From the IMG/VR virus record IMGVR_UViG_3300031519_000014: DNA of 64,000 bases. One strand, given 5' to 3'. This document shows, in pieces, positions 56,341 through 64,000 of this stretch (its first letter is position 1; the number at the start of each line of letters is the position of its first letter). The translations under genes were made by a program, and so were the position numbers. The notes under the pieces were generated by a model that saw only the letters and a program-made list of their open reading frames with translations, was not told the origin of the DNA and made no database searches. Source of the stretch: an uncultured virus (IMG/VR IMGVR_UViG_3300031519_000014) (taxonomy: Duplodnaviria > Heunggongvirae > Uroviricota > Caudoviricetes).

Positions 56341-57072
56341 ATGGGACAATTTGTACGTAGAGCAATATTAAAGGACAATTTAAGGTACTCGTTTGATGGT
56401 GCTAATTTAATTATGCGTAAAGACGCTAATACTATAAGAGATGTTGTTGAGCATAGAGAACTCCTTTTAGAAAATGGTACAACATTCTCTGACAAAGGTA
56501 TAGTTTTTGATGGTGTCGATGACCAAGTTAATGTTGCGGGCAGTCCATTAAATCAAATAACTTTAAAAGCAGCAGATAGACCTTATACACTTTCCACTTG
56601 GGTTCAAGAAGAAAGAAATATCTTTAGTTCATATATCATAAGTCGCTCAAGCGGTGCCGTGGTAATAGGAATGGGTCGAAATAGTGGACAAGCAGCATCA
56701 AATGAAGTGGTGGTTCAATGCCTTAGTCAGTTAATAAAAGGTGGTTCAGGTAATGGGTCTATTCCTGCAATAGTTCCTTATAATCAAGGAGATTGGATGA
56801 ACATAGTTTATACTGCACCCTCAGATGTATTGGATGCTGAAATGTTTATTAATGGAATTAAGGTTGCTGATGTTAGCGATTCAATTAATCCCATAACGCA
56901 GTACGGTACGGATTCAGTAAATAATATATGGGTATTAGGTAGGTTGCAACTAAATGCCTTTAATCAATATACACTTCAAGGAACTCTCGGTCTAACAACT
57001 ATACATAGTGCAGTATTAACTCCCGAACAGATACTATATAATTACGAAGTACAAAAACACAGATACTTATGA
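56341..57072 (+). CDS. LamG-like virion protein
   Basis: FDGVDDQV, W.NIVYT, LT.EQI.YNYE.QK.RY. Confidence 0.75.
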   Translation: MGQFVRRAILKDNLRYSFDGANLIMRKDANTIRDVVEHRELLLENGTTFSDKGIVFDGVDDQVNVAGSPLNQITLKAADRPYTLSTWVQEERNIFSSYIISRSSGAVVIGMGRNSGQAASNEVVVQCLSQLIKGGSGNGSIPAIVPYNQGDWMNIVYTAPSDVLDAEMFINGIKVADVSDSINPITQYGTDSVNNIWVLGRLQLNAFNQYTLQGTLGLTTIHSAVLTPEQILYNYEVQKHRYL

Positions 57073-58454
57073 GTGCGGGAGGATTTAGAGATATAGTAAC
57101 AGATGGACTTATATTTCAAGTAGATGCTTCTAATAAGTTATCTTTTTCTGATGAAAGTTTAGATATAGTTGATTCGAATATTAGACTACATTGGGACTTT
57201 TCTAAGATAACGGGATTAAATAATCTCGATAACATATTGGCAGTTCCAGACCAAAGTGGAAACGGCTATACGGGAACTTCCGCAGTAGGAGAAGAGTTTG
57301 TATTTCTTGAAAATTATACTGACCAAAATTTATCAGTTGGAGATGATGTTACCTCTGCTAATGGTGTACAAACTTCATCATATAGTGCGGATGGTATCTT
57401 GGAGTTACTTATAATGTATTCAACTTTCGATTATAGCAATGGAAATAGATTTTCGATGCCAACTTCAATCGGTCCATTAGTTAACGGAATAACAATTAAC
57501 CATACTACCTCAACAGCTTTTAGGAGTGTTAATAAATGGCAAGGAACGGCTACACAAGAAGTTTCGACTTGGACAATACCCGACCAAAGTATAGATAGTT
57601 TACACATTTACGCATTAAAAATATCAGTATCAAATAAGTTAATGGAGTTATTTGTTGATGGAGTATCTTATGGAACTAAACCAATAGATGCATCTGCAAC
57701 GTCTATTTTAGCAACGTTAGGTGATACTTATTTAGGTCACGGTCAATCGGGAGCAACGGGTTCGGGTAACATAAATTACGGTGAAATGTTTGTTGCAGAG
57801 GGTGTTTATAGTTCAATCAAAATAATCGAGTATTCAAATAGACTTACAAATAAGTGGGGTAATTTGTTTACTAAAAATATAGTTGCTCCAACTCAGATAG
57901 GGACGTTTACTAACGGTGCAACGGTTGTTAATAACGCTTATAGTTTCGATGGAACTGATGATTATATTAGTTGTCCGTTACTTCCAATAGCTGATTTAGG
58001 CTCTACATTTAGCTTTGAACAATGGATTTATATTGATACTTTTTTGGGGGAATATCGAACAGAATATAATGACAATGCCAATAACAGAAATTTTTTAATT
58101 AAAGTTAGTGCAGGGAATCCAAATCTATTGAAGGCAACAGTAATAAATGCTTCAGTGAACGATAATTTGACGGCTACAACTACGCCTGTAATAAATACGT
58201 GGTATCATATAGGATGTTCTGCGGTTGAAAATGGAAACGCTAAATTATACATTAACGGAGTTTTAGAAGATACAATAGCTATAACTACTCTAACAAGTAG
58301 TGTTACTGATGGTTTTAATATTGGGTGCGACAGAAGCGCAGTCGGAAATTTCTTTAACGGGAAAGTTTCAAATATGAAGATTTATGGAAACGTAGAATTA
58401 ACACAAGGAGATTTTGAAAAAAATTACGAAGCAACTAAACATAGGTTTATATAA
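57069..58454 (+). CDS. tandem LamG-like virion protein
   Basis: IVTDGLIFQVDASN, FDGTDDYI, WYHIG, LYING, FNGKVSNMKIY, NYEATKHRF. Confidence 0.8.
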   Translation: MSAGGFRDIVTDGLIFQVDASNKLSFSDESLDIVDSNIRLHWDFSKITGLNNLDNILAVPDQSGNGYTGTSAVGEEFVFLENYTDQNLSVGDDVTSANGVQTSSYSADGILELLIMYSTFDYSNGNRFSMPTSIGPLVNGITINHTTSTAFRSVNKWQGTATQEVSTWTIPDQSIDSLHIYALKISVSNKLMELFVDGVSYGTKPIDASATSILATLGDTYLGHGQSGATGSGNINYGEMFVAEGVYSSIKIIEYSNRLTNKWGNLFTKNIVAPTQIGTFTNGATVVNNAYSFDGTDDYISCPLLPIADLGSTFSFEQWIYIDTFLGEYRTEYNDNANNRNFLIKVSAGNPNLLKATVINASVNDNLTATTTPVINTWYHIGCSAVENGNAKLYINGVLEDTIAITTLTSSVTDGFNIGCDRSAVGNFFNGKVSNMKIYGNVELTQGDFEKNYEATKHRFI

Positions 58455-58566
58455 GACGATATACCTAGGTCGCTCTACCTCGTAATTTAACATTACTTGT
58501 GGTTACTAATTGATTACTTCAGTTATATAATTCTTATTGGAATAAATAAAATAAAAGTATCATTCC

Positions 58567-61500
58567 GTGAAGACTACTAACAAATTCCAAAATATATCAG
58601 TTAAAGGATTCATCACAATCAAGGATCAATATACTCTGCCAACGGTGGACGGAGTATTTGGTCACATAATGATTACTGATGGCGCCGGAGGCGTTACATT
58701 TCAAGCACCAAGTGCATTATCTTTAACGACAAATGACATAACCGAAGATCCATCTAACTTATATTTTACAAACGAAAGAGTTGACGATAGAGTTGACCAA
58801 TTAATCATAGACGGTACAGGACTTACCTGGACTTATTTAGATGGAGCAGACACATTACAGGGTAATGTAGTATTAACTCCGTTCACTACTACTGATTTAT
58901 CAGAAGGAACTAATCAATATTACACGGGAGAACGAGTAGATGATCGTGTTTCTACTCTACTTCAAAATGGAACAGGAATTTCATGGTTATATTCAGATAA
59001 TGGAACTAGCGCAGGAACTTTAACTCCAACTATAACGTTATCGCCGTTTGACACAGACGACCTTTCAGAGGGAGCAGTTAACAAATACGCAACAAACGAA
59101 AATATAGATGATAGGGTATCTAACTTAATACTTGACGGAACAGGTTTAACTTGGACATATAACAACCCGGCAAATACATTTACAGGGAATGTTTCATTAT
59201 CCTCATTCGATACTGATGATTTATCTGAAGGAGCAATTAATAAGTATTATCTTGATGAAAGCGTAGCAGATTACCTAGGTAATACACTATTACAAGACAC
59301 GGCTACTGTCACTTGGACATATAATGATATAGCAAACACACTAGAGGCAGATGCGGTATCACAGCCACTGCTGATAGATATACAAAAAGGTGGAGGATTA
59401 ATAGGATCAAGAGGAATTATTAACTTTATCGAAGGAGCTGGGGTTGCCTTATCAATTGCAGATAACGGAGCAAATAGTAGAGTTGATGTAACAGTAACTA
59501 GCACGAGTACAGGAAATGCTGGAACTTTAAATAAAATATTATCAGAAAACTTACAAATTGGAGACGCCGATATTGAATCATTAAACTTTTCTAGTAAGTT
59601 TTCAGTAGTAGAAGCCCCAGACACATACGTAACTGTCGATATCACAATGTTAATTGAGGAACTTTCAGATGTATCTATGATTTCACCTGCGATAAATGGA
59701 GATATATTATTGTATAACGGTACAAGCGGACTATGGGAGAATGAATCGATAGTTGAGCTATTAACCCTTGATAATCTATCAAACGTCGAATTAACATCTC
59801 CAATATTAAACGGACAGATTATAACATTTAATAATGGAACTGGGCTATGGACAAACAGTGATAGGAGTTTATACACGTTAGATGAGGTAGAAACATCAAT
59901 GTCGCCAATTAGTGGCGATATTATGAGATACAACACATCATCTAGTAAATGGGAAGCAGCTCGGCCATTTACTATTATTAGTAGGAATGGCACACAGACC
60001 GGTGGATTATATCCAGAAGAACTTGATTTTTCTACTAAATTCTCAACAACAGTCAATGGAGGAAATCCAGCTAGGATAGATGTAGATATTATAATGACAT
60101 TAGACGAATTGACAAATGTTACAGTGTCTGCACCATCAAATGGAGAAATTATTAAATACAATTCAGGATCTGGACAATGGGAAAATGCAGCAGATGGTTC
60201 ATCTGTTATGTTACAAGACGTATATGATAATTCAACGCTTGGTAGAATAACAACAGACGTTACTAGAGGATCATTTGAAATAAAGCAAGGATCAGGATCT
60301 AATACTGATATTATATTAGAAGGAATTAATGATGTAGATGCTACTGTATTCTCATTAACAGGAGAAGGTAAGATAACTGCTGGAGAATGGAATGGCACTG
60401 AGATTGGCATATTATACGGAGGTACAGGACAGACTACAGCCCAAGCGGCAATAGATGCGCTTACTCAAGTTTCATCTGGTACTACTAGTCACGTATTAAC
60501 AAAGGATGGTAGTGGTAATGCAACATGGCAAGCTACAGCAGCTGCGGATTTAACTATTATTCAAGTAGATGGAGTTCAGGTTTCAACAGGAGCACCTACT
60601 TTGGATTTTGATAGCACCTACTTTAGTTTAACTGAATCTCCCACTGATGATTTTGATATAACATTTTTACCGGGAGGAATTGACCATGACTCATTACTTA
60701 ATTTTGTAACAAATGAACATATTGACCATACTAATGTTACAATCACAGCAGGATCAGGATTATCATATAGTGTATTTGGAACTGATATATCACAAGACTC
60801 TACAATAGAGTTAGATATTAACAGCTTAACTACTGAATCTGTTATCGCAGGTACTGATTTCATTGCGTTCTGGGACGTAATCGGAGTTACTAATAAAAAG
60901 ATTACAGTTAATAACTTTCTAACTGGATTATCATTAGGATTAACACAGGTACTTTCAGCAGACAACACAACAAGTGGAAGAGATATCATAATAACAGCAG
61001 GTGATAATATAATATTTGAATCTGGAAGTTTCGGTTCAACTATCGGAACTGAGACACTTACTGCGGATTGGGTAGCAAATCTTCCTAACGCATCGGGCAC
61101 ATTGGCATTAACATCTCAGACTAATGGTACAATAGGACATGATACTGATTTAACTGGAGTTGTGTCAGATGAACATATTGACCATACTCAAGTAACTCTA
61201 ACTGCTGGCATCGGACTAACCGGAGGAGGCACTATCGCTGCAAACAGAACATTTGATTTAGATATCCCAGGACTTACTGCTTTGTCTTCACCATTCGAAC
61301 CTGTATCTGCGGATACATTTGCAATATACAACTCAGTATCAGCAGCACATGAAGAACTTACATTAACTCAACTGGCTAACGGAGTACAAACTGAACTTAG
61401 TTTAGTTGACGGATCTGGAACTAATAATTACATATCAAAATGGACTCCAGATGGAAACACATTAGGCGATTCGTTGATACAAGATGATGGAACTACATTA

Positions 61501-64000
61501 GGAATAGGAATTGCTCCTAACGCATCTTATTATTTACACTTATCGTCAAGCATACGAACTGGAGTATTCAATGAGACATTCTATAACGGAGCACTTACTT
61601 CATGGGGATTACAAGTTTCTAATTCAGGTGTAGATACTGCTACTAATAAATTTGGCATACAAACCTCAGTTGGAAATAATCCAACTTTAAATACTGGAAT
61701 TTATTCTAGAGCATATTCAGCAGCAATAACAAATGTTGGTATTTTCGCAGAAGCAGTTGCAGCAACTAACAATTATGCTATTAGATTAGTAGATGGAACT
61801 GAGACTACGGCAAATAGAGTTCTATCAAATATAGACACTAGTGGTCATGCACATTGGGTAGATCTTACTGAATCTATGATTACTGATCTAGGATCATACG
61901 CATTAGAAACAACTACTATAACTGCAGGAATTGGTTTAGTTGGAGGAGGAGATATTTCAGCAAATAGAACAATCGATTTAAATATCCCAGAACTTCCAGC
62001 GTTATCTGAAGGATCAATCGCATCCGCAGATACATTCGCAATGTATAATGCAAGTGTACCGGCTCATGAGGAAGTTACATTAACTCAAATCGCCGCAGGA
62101 ATTCAAACTGAACTAGGTTTAGTTACAGGAGCGGCAGTCAATAATCAAGTTGCAGTATGGTCAGGAACTGATACATTAGATGGAGATTCGGGATTTACTT
62201 TCGATGGAACAACATTAGTGGTTCCTAACTTAACAGTGAGTGGAACAACTACGACAATTGATTCAACTGTAGTTACAATAGCAGATCCGGTTTTTCAAAT
62301 TGGAGATGACGCAGTAGATGATAATAAAGATAGGGGTATTTCATTCTTATGGAATAACGGCGCGACTAAGGAAGGATTCTTTGGATTAGACGATTCGACT
62401 GGACGATTTACCTTTATACCAGATGCGACTAATACGACAGAGGTATTCTCAGGAACATTAGGAGATGTTGAATTCGGTGGAATCTACGGGACTATACAAA
62501 CGGTATCACAGACAAATATAACTGAAATAGGAACAATCACGACCGGAACCTGGAATGGCACTGCGATCGGAGATACTTATATCTCAAGTGCAGCTACTTG
62601 GAACGCTCTTGTATCTAACGTAACGACAAACTTATCCGAAGGAGTAACTACTAATACTACGGTAGATGTAGATTCTTCTGATGGCACAAACGCTACTTTA
62701 GCTGCCGCTTCCACTATTAGAGCAGGTGTAATGACTAAAGCTAAATTTGATGAAGTCGTAGCTAATAACGCTAAAATAAGCAATGTTTCTACAGATTTAT
62801 CCCTTGGGCCAATATCAGCCACGGCAATGGATGTAAATTCAAGTGATGGTACTAATGTAACATTAACTGAGGCTGACACTAACTTTGCTGGAGTAATGAG
62901 TGCTGCTAAATGGAACGAGATCGTAGCAAATACTTTAAAGAATACGAACGTATCAACTACTTTAAGTCAAGGTACATTAACAGCTACAACATATGGTATC
63001 ACATCAGACGGTGGGGCAGACGATATAGTATTAATTGAAGCTGACACAAATAACGCAGGTTTATTAGGATCAGACAAATGGGATGAGATCGTAGCTAACA
63101 CTTTAAAGAATACAAATGTATCTACAACGCTAGCCGCAGGTACAATAACTGGGACAACATACGGAATTACTTCTGATGGAGGAGCAGATGATATAATATT
63201 ACCTCAAGCTACTATCACAGAAGCAGGTTTATTGGCTGCAGCCGATCAGGTAAAACTTAATAATACATCTGGTACTAATACGGGAGATCAAACTTCAATC
63301 GTAGGAATTACTGGAACTAAGGCTCAATTTGACACAGAATTATCAGATGGTAACTTTATGTATATCGGAGATGCCCCTACCGCCCATACTCATTTACTTG
63401 CTGCAGGTGCAACTGACGTAACTGCAACTGCTGCTGAAGTAAACTTATTAGACTTAGCCGCGTTAACTGCAAGAGATGTATTAGTAGCGTCAGGAGCAAC
63501 AGCTGCTTCATGGAGACCATTAGTAGAGGCAGATATTTCAGATTTAGGAACCGGGTCAACTATGAATGCGGACACTACTCTAGCTGGAAACGCATATTTC
63601 TTAGACGACGATACAATGGCTGGAAATGATGCAACTAAGGTCGCATCTCAGCAATCAATAGTTGCTTATGTATCCTCGGAAATAGCTTCTGCTATTACAA
63701 CAGGGATGGATTACAAAGGAGCGTATAATGCTTCTACTAATACACCAGATTTAGATACATCTCCAATTGCAGCAAACATAGGGGATGTATATGCAGTAAC
63801 CGTAGCAGGTACATTTTTTACTGTATTAGTTGAAGCAGGAGACATATTAATAGCGAATCAGAATACTCCTACAGTTGAGGCTCATTGGGATGTAGTTCAA
63901 GCGAACTTAACACCTGCTTCTATTAAAACTCAATATGAATCTAACGCAGATACAAATGCATTCACTGATGCTGAACAGACGTCTATAGGACATATTTCAG
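58567..64000 (+). CDS. giant repetitive tail fibre protein (>1800 aa, runs off the window; absent from the ORF track)
   Basis: GTG start after the late box at 58542; frame 1 open wherever read; TDDLSEG..N.Y...ERVDDRV repeats, AG.GL.GGG.I.ANRT repeats and KWDEIVANTLKNTNVST repeats. Confidence 0.85.
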   Translation, partial: MKTTNKFQNISVKGFITIKDQYTLPTVDGVFGHIMITDGAGGVTFQAPSALSLTTNDITEDPSNLYFTNERVDDRVDQLIIDGTGLTWTYLDGADTLQGNVVLTPFTTTDLSEGTNQYYTGERVDDRVSTLLQNGTGISWLYSDNGTSAGTLTPTITLSPFDTDDLSEGAVNKYATNENIDDRVSNLILDGTGLTWTYNNPANTFTGNVSLSSFDTDDLSEGAINKYYLDESVADYLGNTLLQDTATVTWTYNDIANTLEADAVSQPLLIDIQKGGGLIGSRGIINFIEGAGVALSIADNGANSRVDVTVTSTSTGNAGTLNKILSENLQIGDADIESLNFSSKFSVVEAPDTYVTVDITMLIEELSDVSMISPAINGDILLYNGTSGLWENESIVELLTLDNLSNVELTSPILNGQIITFNNGTGLWTNSDRSLYTLDEVETSMSPISGDIMRYNTSSSKWEAARPFTIISRNGTQTGGLYPEELDFSTKFSTTVNGGNPARIDVDIIMTLDELTNVTVSAPSNGEIIKYNSGSGQWENAADGSSVMLQDVYDNSTLGRITTDVTRGSFEIKQGSGSNTDIILEGINDVDATVFSLTGEGKITAGEWNGTEIGILYGGTGQTTAQAAIDALTQVSSGTTSHVLTKDGSGNATWQATAAADLTIIQVDGVQVSTGAPTLDFDSTYFSLTESPTDDFDITFLPGGIDHDSLLNFVTNEHIDHTNVTITAGSGLSYSVFGTDISQDSTIELDINSLTTESVIAGTDFIAFWDVIGVTNKKITVNNFLTGLSLGLTQVLSADNTTSGRDIIITAGDNIIFESGSFGSTIGTETLTADWVANLPNASGTLALTSQTNGTIGHDTDLTGVVSDEHIDHTQVTLTAGIGLTGGGTIAANRTFDLDIPGLTALSSPFEPVSADTFAIYNSVSAAHEELTLTQLANGVQTELSLVDGSGTNNYISKWTPDGNTLGDSLIQDDGTTLGIGIAPNASYYLHLSSSIRTGVFNETFYNGALTSWGLQVSNSGVDTATNKFGIQTSVGNNPTLNTGIYSRAYSAAITNVGIFAEAVAATNNYAIRLVDGTETTANRVLSNIDTSGHAHWVDLTESMITDLGSYALETTTITAGIGLVGGGDISANRTIDLNIPELPALSEGSIASADTFAMYNASVPAHEEVTLTQIAAGIQTELGLVTGAAVNNQVAVWSGTDTLDGDSGFTFDGTTLVVPNLTVSGTTTTIDSTVVTIADPVFQIGDDAVDDNKDRGISFLWNNGATKEGFFGLDDSTGRFTFIPDATNTTEVFSGTLGDVEFGGIYGTIQTVSQTNITEIGTITTGTWNGTAIGDTYISSAATWNALVSNVTTNLSEGVTTNTTVDVDSSDGTNATLAAASTIRAGVMTKAKFDEVVANNAKISNVSTDLSLGPISATAMDVNSSDGTNVTLTEADTNFAGVMSAAKWNEIVANTLKNTNVSTTLSQGTLTATTYGITSDGGADDIVLIEADTNNAGLLGSDKWDEIVANTLKNTNVSTTLAAGTITGTTYGITSDGGADDIILPQATITEAGLLAAADQVKLNNTSGTNTGDQTSIVGITGTKAQFDTELSDGNFMYIGDAPTAHTHLLAAGATDVTATAAEVNLLDLAALTARDVLVASGATAASWRPLVEADISDLGTGSTMNADTTLAGNAYFLDDDTMAGNDATKVASQQSIVAYVSSEIASAITTGMDYKGAYNASTNTPDLDTSPIAANIGDVYAVTVAGTFFTVLVEAGDILIANQNTPTVEAHWDVVQANLTPASIKTQYESNADTNAFTDAEQTSIGHIS

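Noticed and set aside
58962..63575. Minus-strand ORFs including the 379-aa ORF at 59271-60410
   Set aside because: Antisense shadows of the giant plus-strand fibre gene; other Ser/Ile/Pro-rich opposite-strand ORFs in the track were dropped for the same reason
1..64000. Stop-codon recoding, integrase/transposase, DGR or retron
   Set aside because: Genes are full length and tightly packed under the standard code; no recombinase or reverse-transcriptase motifs seen; fibre repeat differences are not adenine-specific

Overview
AT-rich segment of a large T4-like (jumbo) myophage genome, most likely infecting Bacteroidota. Host clues are a Bacteroidota-type primary sigma factor, a T9SS type-B CTD protein, DUF4494, a bS21 with the KAxY motif and A-rich starts without Shine-Dalgarno sequences. 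Layout: (1) 0.6-2 kb, a repeat- and palindrome-rich non-coding region; (2) 2-14 kb, small early-type genes, a sigma factor and DNA ligase; (3) 14-25 kb, late-promoter genes, many sharing an N-terminal peptide like the T4 capsid-targeting signal (Nudix, DUF192, dual murein hydrolase, RimK-like, annexin-like and pre-toxin-TG-like proteins), plus bS21; (4) 24.9-26.9 kb, a non-canonical CCA-ended tRNA-like RNA, tmRNA, a T4 beta-glucosyltransferase homologue and DUF6378; (5) 27-45 kb, head, baseplate, terminase and an ECF sigma; (6) 45-64 kb, a plus-strand tail-fibre/LamG array with duplicated cassettes and a >1800 aa ORF missing from the ORF track. Most unusual signals: a permuted copy of 23S rRNA helix 69-71 inside an intergenic hairpin cluster, the tRNA-like RNA, the apparent capsid-cargo addressing system, and a RimK-like/bS21/Nudix operon. 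All family calls rest on motifs recognised by eye; no database searches were run.
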